DNA of 64,000 nucleotides. It comes from Lama glama (Eukaryota). The notes beneath the pieces are model-generated. The model saw nothing but the letters and a program-made list of their open reading frames with translations. It was not told where the DNA came from and ran no database searches. Of the stretch, positions 1 through 12,527 are shown in pieces. Each line of letters starts with the position of its first letter. Positions within the stretch are counted from its first letter, which is position 1. The stretch lies in NCBI GenBank assembly GCA_028534125.1, contig CM052816.1, forward strand, positions 18,664,001-18,728,000, given 5' to 3'. The position numbers and the translations under genes are program-made.

Positions 1-800
1 GGGCAAAGAGATGGAACATATGGGAAAATGGCCTCTGAATTATCAAAATAAGGCTCAATTACTTCACACCCTAAAGTTTATGCACTTGACTTTACAATAA
101 CTTACTGGCTCTTCACTTGGAACCTGCTCAATGTTGCTTTACACATAATTCCAACAATTTCAGTGAATCTGATTTTCCAGTAGCTTAATAGAAGGGAGAA
201 GAGGCTGCAATGCATAGGTATCAACAGTGAGGATTGTTAGAGACAATCTCAAGAAACCTCACCATCTGGGATCATTTTGTGCTTGTGCTCCACACACTTT
301 AATAAACACAAAAGGTATTACTCACCATATTAAAATGCTATACACAGTAAATGATGTTTATAGAGACTTCTGGATCACTGAGAGAAAAATAAGACTAGGG
401 TAACATATGATTCTTTTATAATAGGTTCCCGTAAAAAGACAACTCTTTTCTAAGTGGTCTTGAAGGGGTCAAGGTTCAGGTAGCTACAAAATTTACTTAC
501 ATGGATTGCCTCATTTCCCCCAAATGCCGTATAATAATAACGGCTAATAGTTTTTAAAGGCTTCCTGTGTACCAAATACTATCTTAAATGCTTTAAGTTT
601 TACAACATGGTTATTACTACTTGCAAGGAGGGAGGGTAAAATTGGCTAAACAGAGTGAGGAAACCTGGGACATCCCAACATGTTCCAGCAGCTTCAATTT
701 TTGATACCCTAGTCTGAGAACAGCGGGCTAACACCTTGTTCCTGGGCAATAAGGTTCCCAGGGCAGTCCCTCAGTCTGTTCGTTCTTATTTACTTCCTAG

Positions 801-946
801 AAATCATAGGCTTCACCAGGGTGTGGATGTCTTGTGCTCAGATGGATCTACTGTGTATGCACCTTTCACCGGAATGATTGTGGGCCAGGAGAAACCTTTT
901 AAAAACAAAAATGCCATCAATAATGGTGTTCGGATCTCTGGAAGAG
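801..946 (+). CDS. LECT2: LECT2 (leukocyte cell-derived chemotaxin 2), penultimate coding exon (exon 3); earlier exons not found in the window
   Basis: Acceptor ttcctag|A at 800/801 and donor G|gtaag at 946/947. The 146-bp exon encodes (R)[48 protein letters not shown](G), which matches LECT2 including the HxxxD Zn-binding motif. Confidence 0.97.
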
Positions 947-1889
947 GTAAGAGGTGGTGTATGTACCTGGGACACATACTGGAAATAACTGATGCTTATT
1001 TATGTAATGCATATCCTATGCATAGAAGTTTCATTCTTCCTTCAAAATGACAAAACCTAGAACATAAAGGACAAAGGTACCAAACTAAAACAGACAATGC
1101 ATTTTCAAAGATGTTCCACACTTTCCCTGAAACCATCTTTGGTATGAATACACTCCCCATCTAACTATAGTTGACTGAACGGCTTTCTTCCTGTGGCCCA
1201 TGTGGCTTAACAATCTGTGAGCGAAATCACTCTCAGCGATATTAACTGTAATAAATACTTTCATTTACCAAAACCCACACAATTCGAAAATGCTGGCATT
1301 TCTACCATAGTTGATGTGAAGTATTTTCAAACGCTCTATGTTCTAGGTAAAGTTGGGTCTCCTGGACTCCAGGCACTGGGCTTGTTGTCTGTTTGTTTTG
1401 TTCTACTGAGGGAGAACACACAGAGCAAAGTGAACGGCGGAACGGCTCCCTGAATTGTCATAAAGTGACAACATTCTGGTTACCTTAGACCAAGAACATC
1501 AGGTGCAGCCCAGAGACCCCTTGTGTTACTTTTTAGTCATTATTCCCAGGAAGAGCGATCACCATCCCACCATATAGTAGTTTTGCCTGTTTTTGAAAAA
1601 TGATACAAATAGAATTAAACAGCACGCAGTCTTTTGGGTGGGGCTTCTTTTACTCCACGTAAGAGACTTTTACTCCACATATAGAGACTCACCTGTGTTT
1701 TTGCGTGTAGTTTTAGTGCCTTCACCCTTATCAATATACAGTATCCCGCTGTCTGCATGTATCTTCATTTATGTAATCATTCTTCTCTAAAGGGACATTT
1801 GGCAGTAAAGGCGATTACAGAAATGCTCCTGTGAACTTTCTTGTACAAGTCTTTTCATGAACATGAACATGCATTCCTGTGGGGAGTGG

Positions 1890-2632
1890 GGCCGGAAGAC
1901 ACCCCCCCACCAAGGCTGTGAGAAACATGTCCTTGAGGAACTATCTGATGGTTATCCTCTCTAGGCCTGAAACCATAAGAGAAACTGCTGCCATTAAATG
2001 GAGTTCACTTAGTAGCCAAGGCCAAGGTTACTGAACATGGTTACTGAACAGGGAGCAGAGCTGAAGCAGTAATCAGATTCACCAGAAGCACAGAGACCTG
2101 GGGTATTGCGTAGTTCATGATGGTGACCCAGAAATGAAGAGATGGGCAGCCAATGAAAGCCTTCTTTGATTTGTATAAATAGAAACACTCTAGTCCTGAC
2201 AAACAGAATTCTGACTTCAATCATCAAAATATTAGTTCTCAAAACTTTGCCCCCGCCCCCATCAACCAATTCCCAGACTTGAGCCAGTTCACAGGCCCAG
2301 GGCCTCTTGAACGAAAGGAATGCTGAGTCCTTTTGAGGAAGGGATCTGTCATACAGCCAAAATGTATACTTCCAGCCATCCCCAAAGGGATCTGCAGCCA
2401 TCTAACAGGATGACTGTACAATGGGGAAGAGGAAATAGGCTTTTTAGAGATTATTGGACACTTGCTCAAAACTGCCACTAATTCCTCAAGACCCAAAAGG
2501 CCACTGTGGTCCAACCAGACTAGGGGCTTCTAGGGTCAGGTGATCAATGGTGGTTTTTTTTTTTTTTACTAGGGTCCATCTTACAGTAGACTTAGTGCAT
2601 CCACACATCTACCCTGAAGTAATCTCCCCAGT
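1890..2632 (+). mobile_element. ERVL-type internal (gag/pro region) fragment in the LECT2 intron
   Basis: Segments such as ttcccagacttgagccagttcacaggccca, ggccactgtggtccaaccagactaggggctt and ccccagttccagaat resemble ERVL-int. The resemblance resumes at ~3633-3660 after an L1 insertion. Recognised by eye. Confidence 0.6.
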
Positions 2633-3631
2633 TCCAGAATATACAAACAGCACATACAATATAATAACAAAAAACCAAACAACCCAATCCAAAAATGGGC
2701 AGGAGACCTAAACAAGTAATTCTCCAATGAAGACATTCAAATGGCCAACAGGCACATGAAAAAATGCTCAACATTGCTAATTATCAGAGAAATGCAAATC
2801 AAAACTACAATGAAGTATCACCTCACACCAGTCAGAATGGCCATCATTCAAAAGTCCACAAATTGTAAATCCTGGAGAGGCTGTTGAGAAAAGGGAACCT
2901 TCTTATACTGTTGGTGGGAATGCAGTTTGGTGCAGCCATTTCAGAAAACAGTATGGAGATTCCTCAAAAAACTAAAAATAGATTTACCATATGATCCAGC
3001 AATCCCACTCCTGGGCATATATCTGAAGGGAACTCTAATTTGAAAATATACATGCACCCCAATGTTCATAGCAGCACTATTTACAAGAGCCAAGACATGG
3101 AAACAACCTAAATGTCCACAGACAGATGACTGGATAAAAAAAGTTGTCATATTTAGATACAATGGACTACTACTCAGCCATAAAAAAATAAAATAATGCC
3201 ATTTGCAGCAACATGGATGGACATAGAGATTGTCATTCTAAGTGAAATAAACCAGAAAGAGAAATATTATATGATATCACTTGTATGTCCAATCTAAAAA
3301 AAAGAAAGAAAGAAAGAGGACACTAATGAACTCATCTATAAAACAGAAACAGACTTGCACCCATAGTCAATAACCTTATTATTACTGGGGGGATGGGGGT
3401 GGGAAGGCATAAATTTGGGAGTTTGAGACGTGCAAATGTTAGCTACTATATATAGATTTTTAAAAAACCAAATTTCTTCTCTATAGCACAGGGAACTATT
3501 TTCAACATTTCTAATAACTTTTAATGGGAAAGAATATGAAAATGAATATATGTACTATATGCATGACTGGGACATGTGCTGTACAGCAGAAATGGATATA
3601 TTGTAACTGACTGTACTTCAATTGAAAAAAA
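2633..3631 (+). mobile_element. 5'-truncated LINE-1 (3' end of ORF2 plus 3' UTR), relatively young
   Basis: Typical L1 ORF2 C-terminal DNA (atcagagaaatgcaaatcaaaactacaatg, atatgatccagcaatcccactcctgggcatatatc, tgcagcaacatggatggac), followed by a 3' UTR and a short A tail. Confidence 0.9.
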
Positions 3632-3666
3632 TGGAATCAAATACTCACAACTGGCAGGATGCTGGA

Positions 3667-4520
3667 GGAGTGGAATCACTGGGTTACTTCGTACATGGGA
3701 ATCCTCAATTTTAGCAAACACTGCCACACAGTTTCCCAAACTAGTAGTACCAATTTACACTCCTACCAGGAGTGTATGAAAGTCCCAGTTGCTCCATACA
3801 CAGTACTTGGTGTTATCTACTATTTTCATTTCAGCTATTCTGATGAGTATGTAGTAGTATCTCATTTAACCTTAATTTGTATTTCCTTGATGGTTAATGA
3901 AATTGGGCCCCTTTTCATATTTATTGATAACATGGGTATTGTCTTTTGTAAAATGTCTATTCATGTATTTCACCCTGGCTTTTTTGCCTGTCTTTTTCTT
4001 ATTGGTACATGGGTGTTTTTTGTATATTTTGGATACAAGTCTTTTGTCAGACATATGTATTGTTAAGTATCTTCTCCCACTTGATAGGTTGCCTTTTCAC
4101 TTAAAAAATTTTTTTTAATGAACACAAATTCTTATTTTTAAATGCAGTGTTTCATTGGCCAGTTTGTTAATCTTCTACAGATACTGCACTGATTTAATTA
4201 TCATAGCTTTAATATACATCTTGATATCTAACAGCATAAATCTCCCAGCTTTGCTCTCCTTTCTGAATGCCTTGGAAATTCTTAGTTTATTTGCATTTCC
4301 AAATAAATTGTAGAATCAGTTTGTTAATCTCCAATAAAAATCCTGCTGGGACTTTGACTGGGTTTGCATTGATTATATAGATCAAATAGAGAAGAACTGA
4401 TATTTAAAAGTAATGTCTCCAGTCAATAAACATGCTATATCTTCCATTTATTTAGGTCTTCTTGCATTGTTATATTAGTAGTTACATTAGTATCAATGTA
4501 AAGGTCTTGCACATATTCTG
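3667..4520 (-). mobile_element. Old LINE-1 fragment (antisense), continuation of the fragment at ~1450-1889
   Basis: The minus-strand ORF at 3872-4054 (MSDKRLVSKIYK...MNRHFTK) is degenerate L1 ORF2-like. Confidence 0.7.
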
Positions 4521-4571
4521 TTTAATATATATACATAAGACACACCTTATTGGTTTTACTTAGATTTCTAT

Positions 4572-4832
4572 AGATGTCCAACAGAAGTATAATAAAAGCC
4601 ACATACATAATCTTAGTAGTCACATTAAGTAAAAAGAAATAGTGGAATTCATTTTAATAACATATTTTAACCTAATATCTCCATATTATTATAAATACCA
4701 TTAATATAAAAACTATAAATATTTTACCTTTTAGGGGTACTGTCTTCAAAATCCAGTGTGTATCTTATACTTAAAGCACATCTAATTCAGATTAGCTACA
4801 TTTCAAGTGCTGACTAGCCACATGTGCTATTA
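4572..4832. mobile_element. hAT-Charlie MITE (MER33/MER3-like)
   Basis: tgtccaacagaagtataat...aaatccagtgtgtatcttatacttaaagcacatctaattcagattagctacatttcaagtgctgactagccacatgtg resembles the MER33 consensus. Confidence 0.6.
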
Positions 4833-5245
4833 GTTCAAGACAATTCTTTGCCTTACTTACATTTTCTGTCCACTTGACCTGTTTTCGCTGATAGAAGTGT
4901 GTTGAAGTAATAGAAGACTGTGGGTTTCTATCTGTTTCTCCTTGTGTCTCCTGTAGGCTCTCCTTCACATAGATGGTTTCTGCGGTATTTAGTGCATGTA
5001 TAGTTGTAATTGTTATACCTTCATTGGATTTAGCAATATAAATTGTTCTCTTCTATCTTGTTTCAATGCTTTTTTGGCCTGAATTCCACTCTCTGGTAAA
5101 AGGATCATAACCCTTGCTTTCTTTTTTCCTTACATTTGCAAGGCAAATCTTTCTCCAGCCCTGAATGTTTAGCCTTTTTCAATTACTGTTTCATTGTATG
5201 CAGCACAGAATTGGGTTTTGCTTCTCAAACCAATTGGGAAATCTC

Positions 5246-5627
5246 TTTTTTTGGGTATGTACATATATACTTATTGAAGTATATATAGTCAGTTTACAAT
5301 GTTGTATCAATTTCTGGTATACAGCACAATGTCCCAGTCATGCATATACATACATATATTCATTTTCATATTCTTTTCCATTAAAGGTTATTAGAAGATG
5401 TTGAAAATAGTTCCCTCTTCTATACAGTATGAATTTGTTGTTTATCTATTTTATATATATTAGTTAATATCTGCAAATCTGGAACTCCCAATTTATTCCT
5501 TTCTACTCCCGGTAACCATAGTTTGTTTTCTGTCTGTGAGTCTTTTTCTGTTTTGTAAATAAGTTTGTTTGTCTTTTTTAGATTCCACATATAAGTGAAA
5601 TCATATGGTATTTTTCTTTCTCTTTCG
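5246..5627 (-). mobile_element. LINE-1 3' UTR fragment, antisense
   Basis: Poly-T followed by sequence that is reverse-complement similar to the L1 3' UTR at 3250-3630 (e.g. cagcacaatgtcccagtcatgcatata, tagattccacatataagtga). Confidence 0.8.
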
Positions 5628-6130
5628 GGCTCTTTAATAGATATAACTCATATATATATGGTCCCAACATTGTTATATTATTTTATAATTATGCTATTAT
5701 ATTAATTCTCTATTTCTCTATTTGGTGAGTCTTCCTTGTTTTTAAAAAGTTTTCTTTTGGTATGTAGACAGATTTGTATTCTTGTGCCTATAATTTCTGT
5801 TTTCTTTGTCTTTGAAGTTTAATAGTTTTATTAGAATATGTCCTGGAGTTGACATTGTTCTAGGTCAGTTTTCTCAGCTACCTGGTGTTTTTCTGATATT
5901 TTTCAACGCCTTTATTAATTTTTCATTTGAGTCTATTCTTTCTTAGGCATCTCATAATTTTAGCCTTCATTTCTGATATGATTTTGTCATTTTTGCCTAT
6001 TCCCTCATTGAATTCAATCAACATTCCTTTCTTTTTGTGTCTTTTTTTTTCTTATTTCTGTTATTTTAAAATTTCTGATTCAAGGATACTAACACCCAGA
6101 TAATGAATAATTCTACTTCTTTTCTTTCAG

Positions 6131-6297
6131 GTTTCTGTATTAGAATGTTCTACATTAAGCCAATTAAATATAAGGGTTCTATCAAGAAGGGAGAAAAACT
6201 GGGAACTCTACTGCCCTTGCAGAAAGTTTATCCTGGCATACAATCTCACATACATATTGAAAACTGTGACTTGAGTGATCCTACTGTTTACCTATAA
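6131..6297 (+). CDS. LECT2: LECT2 last coding exon (exon 4)
   Basis: Acceptor tttctttcag|GT, in phase with the previous exon (G|GT = Gly). Encodes [54 protein letters not shown] with stop TAA at 6295-6297 and the HxH motif. Confidence 0.97.
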
Positions 6298-6555
6298 ATG
6301 GAAGACAAATAACCAGATCTTCTAAATACAAAGCCATCTTCTTAAAACCTGGGTGTATATCCTGCTTTTCAAGTAATTTGTTTTCAAAAAGAAACATGAT
6401 TAATGCAAGAAAGAAAAAAGGATTTTAATTTCTACTCATTGCTACTTTGATGTTTTGAGTATCAACTAATTTTTCAGGGCTCTCTGATCTTTCTGTAAAC
6501 TATGGGATCTGGTTTTTTTTTTTTAAAGTCTTCTCAGTCTTGAATACACAGGATA

Positions 6556-6561
6556 AATAAA
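6556..6561 (+). terminator. Candidate LECT2 polyadenylation signal
   Basis: AATAAA about 260 nt after the LECT2 stop codon. Confidence 0.55.
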
Positions 6562-8381
6562 CACATGAATTCAAGCTGGTCAAGACTCATTTTTGACACT
6601 TCTAAAATTAGCTTTCTGCTTGAAAGTAAGGAAAAGCCTGAAACTGTTTTTATGGTACAGAAATAGAGTGTTGTACAATGCTAGACACACATACACACTT
6701 GATAAGTATTAACTGAGTAAACTAGGGTCTTTTTTAAAAGGCACTAAGAAATCCCAGCAATATCCATAGGTTTGTCAAATTGTTTGGATGGTGAGAAGCT
6801 TATGTGAATAAGTCAGAATTTGCTGGTCTTTATAGCCACACATTCTCACACTCTGCATAAGTGGTAGATCTTCGAGGTAATGAATGATAGCACTCCCAAG
6901 TAATACGAAGTACTCTACATTTCAGTAAGACTGAATTACAGAGAGTACTAGAAAGAGAAAAAGGTCTATCCTAACCTGAAGTATCTCATGGAACCAAGTC
7001 AGTCAGCCTCTTCAAGCCATATGCGTATCATAGACACTTATTTTTACGCATCATTGTATATCCCTATTATTCTTCCCTGGTTGTGTTGACAATAGGTACT
7101 TAGGGGAAATAAGACCACACAAATGTTCAAGGGACCAAAACTAATATGACTCTGTAGATTTTCATCAGTCAATGAGAAATGTTTAAGGTGAATTCATCAC
7201 TCTGGAAACTTTCTTCATGAATTTTTTTCTGAAACCCTTTGAATGCAGAAAACTCCAGCAGAATAACTCTATTTATCATAAATATGTTAGACGAAATGTG
7301 ATCAACTGAATTTTATCACTGGAGAGAAAAGGCTGCATGTATAGATGGGGACATATTCAGATGAATGTTCATGATATCACTGTTTGTCATACCAAGACCC
7401 AGAACAACTCAAATGCCTATCAATAGTAAGATGGACAAATTGTGGTTTAGTTCCAGAATGGAATATTATATAACAGTTATAATGAGTGAAACTTAGCTAA
7501 ACATAACAAAATAGATGAATCACAGCCATATACTTTTGAGTAAAAAAGAAGACCAAAAGATCCCATATAGCATGATACTCTTTTTATAGACAATTAAAGC
7601 CAAAACATAATTTTTAGGAACACATATCTATGTGATAAAAATATATAAAAAAGGAAATCAAGCAAATAATGAATCCTAGTTATCTCAGGACTAGATAGGG
7701 AAGGACCACATAGGAAAATTTAAGTTACTATCAATGCTATCATTTTATGGTTGGGAGGTGATTTCATGAGTATTTACTATTATGAATAAGATGTTACAGA
7801 GACAACAGGACTTGCAGGTGGGTGTCCAGGAAGAAGAAAGAGTCAGTGATGACTCTTGGACGGTTTAGAGTGTATACAACACAATTAGTACTTTCTTATA
7901 TCTAGTTAGATACTACTCTCTACTGTGTTATAACAGCTTCCACAAGGCTAGCAAATTAAGAATTTCATTTTGGTTAAAAGGAAGAAAACTATAACCAGCA
8001 CTGTCTGGTTTGATCATCTACCTCATCCATCTCCTGAGTGCCAAATAACTTAAAGTTGTTTCCAAAAATTACGTTTGTTTTCAAAGGACAAAGGCTGTGC
8101 TCCCATTGAGAACACACAAAGAAATAGCATAGACTCTAAAGGTAATTTAAAAAGGAGTTCTAAAATGTTTGAACAATTAAATATATGTTTAGCCTTCTAA
8201 ATAATCAAACTTCTGAAGTGATTGTTTCAAAGACCAGACTCATTACCTGGAACGGAGAGCTTCCCCAAGGTAGAGCAAGAACGTTGCCTTCTGCCTAGGA
8301 TTCGACAATCGTTCTCATATCTGTTGAACGGAAATGCAAACTTCAGACTAAAGGACTTCTTTCTTAGGAAGCACTAGAATA

Positions 8382-8397
8382 CAGCGCCCTCTGGTGC
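8382..8397 (-). promoter_or_regulatory. Candidate CTCF-binding site
   Basis: The minus strand reads GCACCAGAGGGCGCTG, a close match to the CTCF core CCASYAGRKGGCRS. Confidence 0.6.
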
Positions 8398-8515
8398 ACT
8401 ACGTCAAAGGTTTTTGTTTTGTTTTGTTTTGGTTTGTTTTTTTAGTTTGTTTTAATTTCCTTTTCCTTCAAGTTTGAGTGTCAAAATGTTCAGCTTAAAG
8501 TACTGCTAAGGCTCA

Positions 8516-8607
8516 GAGTGGTGAATATAGCTCAGTGGTAGAGTGCATGCTTAGCATGCACAAGGTCCTGGGTTCAAACCCCTGTACCTCCATTAAAAAA
8601 AAAAAAA
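8516..8607 (+). mobile_element. tRNA-Ala-derived SINE (camelid vic-1-like)
   Basis: A box tagctcagtggtagag, B box ggttcaaaccc and a poly-A tail. Flanked by direct repeats aaagtactgctaaggctca (8497-8515) and aaagtattgttaaggttca (8605-8623), 16/19 identical. Confidence 0.85.
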
Positions 8608-10289
8608 GTATTGTTAAGGTTCAAATGACAGAGAACTGATACCACTGAGTAACTTAATTTTCCTTACTGAAAGTTATTATAATATACACTTAAAATTGTG
8701 GTGTCAGATATTAGGTTCAATGACTATAAATTAATAAAGTGAACAAAATCAATTTTTGTTTAGAAAATGTTTTGAGTTTTCTATAGGAAAGTAATTTAAT
8801 GAAAGAACAAGATAAGTGGCCAGTTTAAGAGGTCAGTCCCAGAGAGGGAAGAAATAGTATATCTCTGTGACATTTATCATACTTAGACCATATTAGCAAC
8901 AATACACATAACTTTAAAATCTGCTTATCTCCCTGATATTTAGTAAAATACAAATGAGGCAAGCCAGGCTCATAAGGATCGAAAAACAAAAATTTGAGAA
9001 TCCTATATTTGTGTCTCTTCAGTACAACCTACAATAGAACTCTTTTTCCCAAGCTCTCCCCATTTACAATCTGCCCACAAAATTATCCTAACTTCTCCAG
9101 AACGCTCTAAAACATGCAAAAGAAATTTTAACTGGAACAAGTTTGCTTGCAGAACTAAGATATTTTTCAAAGGCTAAAGCTTGAAATTCATCTAATATTG
9201 AACTCACTCATTAATCTAATGTTAGATAAGCAGTACTTTTCATGGAATTTCAAAGTAATGGAGACATTTTCATTAGATGAAGTATCAAAAATACTCTGTA
9301 TTTCCTCATCTTGCTTTTGGCTATCCTAAAAAATCTTTGCTCTTCAATACAATAAGACAGACCAACCAGGGCCATTTAATTGAGTTGACTGATTTTACCC
9401 TGAGTTTTGCTCTAAGAGTCATTATAGCACTTAGTTAACTAGGTTTAACCACTGGGACACCAAAGACCACTATTTGGAGCAGCAACTTCTCATTTGATGG
9501 AGAAGAGGCCACCGGTACTCATTATCTCAATGCTGCTGGGCTACAGGGAGGAACGTCCTCTTGACCTCACCTCCTTCTCTGGTCCCTCTCTGTTTTGCTT
9601 TGCTATCCTCTGGTGCAAACACCACTGGCATTCTATCACCTTACCATTGAGGTATATACACTTAACACCAGGTGAGACCAGAGATGTATCTCTGCAGTAT
9701 TTCCACCACTACTCTGATCTCCAATCAGACTGACCCCTCTATCTCACTTACACCATTCTGTCCTGTTGTTCTAATCAGACTTTAAGTTCCCTATTATATG
9801 CTGCTTCTGCACTCTCCTGAAACCTTAAGATATAGACTACATGATCTGCAACAGTAATAACTATCTTTAAGAAATGGGCTTTATTTTTTTAACAAGTAAC
9901 ATTGGCCCCCCCCAACCCCAGCATTTGAGTAATCACTAGTGTACTACACACTGTTCTGAGAGTGTCCCACACAAAGGTGAATGAGATGCCTGCTCTCCCA
10001 GAATCACAGTGACAAAGAACATGGTACCGTGGTGAGAGTGTATGCCCAAGGACAGTCTCTAAATAAAGGGATACGAACTGTGCTGTTGTTAAAAATCACC
10101 ACTTATAAATCACAATGTATTTTAATTTCTTAATAGTTGAGAGTTCTAAAATTTTTTCCTATAAAAATATTCAAAACTGGAAAATAATGAACATATTTCT
10201 ATTTTTTTAAGTTCAACTGATTTCTTAGAAATTTAAGATATTGTGGGGAGGACTTGGAGGAACGAGTTTGAAAAAGAAAGTACTTACAT

Positions 10290-10790
10290 AGAATTTACTG
10301 AGTGCCTACTGTGTGGTAACTACTATGCTGGACACTGGGGATCCAACAGTGAGTAAAACCCAACACTGACTTTGCCCTGATGGAGCTTCCAGCACAATGG
10401 CAGAAGCAGACAACAATCATAAAAGTAAGTAAGGAGCAAATTACAACAGTGATCAGAGCCACAAAAGGAAGTCAGGGAATGCTGCGAGTCCTGGAGGTTT
10501 CCCTGAGCAAATGACATCTGAAGGAAAGAGCTGAGGGAGCAGTCAAAGTAGAAAGAAGAGTATGTACAAATGCCCTTGGACTAGATGATGTGTGGCAGTC
10601 TTAAGGAACTGAGAGAGAATGGGAGCAGAAGGGCAAAGGGCAGCTTGGTGGGAGGACGTGAGGGCAAAGAAGCAGGGAGAAGCCAGACAGGTAGGGCCTT
10701 GTGGATCACTTTAAGGATATGTATTTATTTTAAAGGCAATACACAGCCATGAAAGAGTCTCAGTCATGTTAATAATTAAATTATAAGATC
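10290..10790 (-). mobile_element. LINE-2 fragment
   Basis: atttactgagtgcctactgtgtgg...gccctgatggagcttccag is the typical reverse L2 3' end, followed by degenerate L2 body. Confidence 0.6.
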
Positions 10791-11030
10791 ACTTCTGCAA
10801 AGGATCTGGAATAGTTTCAGATGCATAGTAAGTATATTAAGTAAGTGCTGATTCCCTCCCAAACACACCATGAAAAATTTACTTTTTATCTCAGTAGTGT
10901 ATTTAACCAATTAGTAATCACACTATCTTTATAAAATGAATTAGCATTATTTAATTTTAATCTAATGCCCATTTTCTCCTAAGATAATATAATATAGCAG
11001 AATTCAAAGTGCACTGGAAACTAGAAATTA

Positions 11031-11232
11031 TTTATTGAATCATAATATGATCTTATAGTGCTAAAAATAGAATATAATTAAGCCTGCCTCTGTATCTGTA
11101 TTTTGTTTATACTCTAAGGTTCTAATACTAAATATTTTTTAAAATATGTAAGATGAAACAGCAACAATTAACAATATAAAGTTGTAAATGACATAACTTA
11201 AGGTATCTAAAGCTCAATATTACACATTTATT
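11031..11232 (-). terminator. Two candidate FBXL21 polyadenylation signals
   Basis: TTTATT on the + strand (AATAAA on -) at 11227-11232 and 11031-11036, about 300 and 500 nt downstream of the stop codon. Confidence 0.4.
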
Positions 11233-11531
11233 TAGCAAGCCAAAATATGTCTTCAAGGAAGGCTGAGGAACTTCTCTAGAAATCAACTGAAGTTTTCACC
11301 ATATCAACTATCTAATCAACAAAGCAGTGTCTTTGCCCTATTTACAAGTTCTGGTTTTTCAAAGTTCTCATACTTTTTCAACTGTTTCTGCTGTAATCCA
11401 CTGAGAGTCTGCAAACGATAAAATATCTTACCTCAAACATTTCAGTAACGCATCTTAAAATTTACATTTGCATAGACAGAGAGAAGCTAATCTTGCTGAT
11501 GAAAAAAAAGTTTAAAATCTTTGGTAGTCAG

Positions 11532-12175
11532 TTACCACAGAGGCATGACATCAGGGAACCACATTCTCCCCAGGCATTTGGAGACTTCAGTGTGGATTTC
11601 GTCTAGGCTATGATCACCATCAGGGATCAAAACTTCCTCCATTACAGACAGCTGGGTGAGCCTTCTCCCACAAAGTCTTACAAACTCAATGAATGCACTG
11701 CAGCTAACTTCACATTCACTGAGGCCCAAGGCTGTTAAGTTTTTACAGCGTTCAGCAATACAAATAAGTTCATCATCAAGAGCCTGAAAACCATTAGCAC
11801 ACACCACTAACTCGATCAGTCGTGGACAGTTAAGACCTATCCGTCCCAGAACTGCTTTGCTTACTAAACGACCAAAATAAAGGTGAGTGACAGGGGTTTC
11901 TTCTCTGAAGAATGTCTCCAATTCCTCTTCATATAAAAAGAAATACATAACAACATTAACTCCAGGGGAGTGTTTAGTAAGTGCATCCCAGCTTTGGCTT
12001 TTAATAGAATGAAATTCAGTTTGTCCAGGATTTTGACTCACAACGTCTATTCGAAGATGCTCCAGGTTAACGTGGGTCTCATTTGAAAGTGCCAGGAGGA
12101 GTTCATCACTTAGCATGTAATAATTCAACGCCAGTTCTCTAAGGCCTTGACAGTGATCAGCTACACAAAGGATTC
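11532..12175 (-). CDS. FBXL21: FBXL21 (F-box/LRR protein 21), last coding exon
   Basis: Acceptor cctgcag|GA. The 644 bp encode (G)[19 protein letters not shown]...[16 protein letters not shown], the FBXL3/FBXL21-type LRR region and C-terminal Trp tail. Confidence 0.97.
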
Positions 12176-12527
12176 CTGCAGGAAATGGGAAAAAATTCTT
12201 AAGAACAAAAAACACGTATACTGATGTAACACTTTATAAATTTAAATTTGATATTAGTTTTTCATTACTTGCTAAAATATTCATCTAACGATTTCTGAGG
12301 AGACGGATGCCAAGATATACATGATTAAACATATAATAAAATATAATTATAACTAAAATATTCTTAGGAGAAGCAATTTAAATTGTATCTAGCTTGTACA
12401 TTAAGGCTTCTTTTGAAAAAAGATTAATAAATTATGTTTCATAAGCATTTAATGTTCAATAGGAAATTGTATTATTACTACTACTATGATAAAAAGCATC
12501 ACGCAAGCTTAAAAAAACATAACCTAC

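Noticed and set aside
736..1050. 104-aa ORF read as a stand-alone M23 peptidase-like gene
   Set aside because: Only 801-946 is exonic (LECT2); the flanks are intron sequence beyond canonical splice sites.
8516..8592. Apparent tRNA-Ala gene
   Set aside because: The poly-A tail, target-site duplication and degraded acceptor stem indicate a SINE copy.
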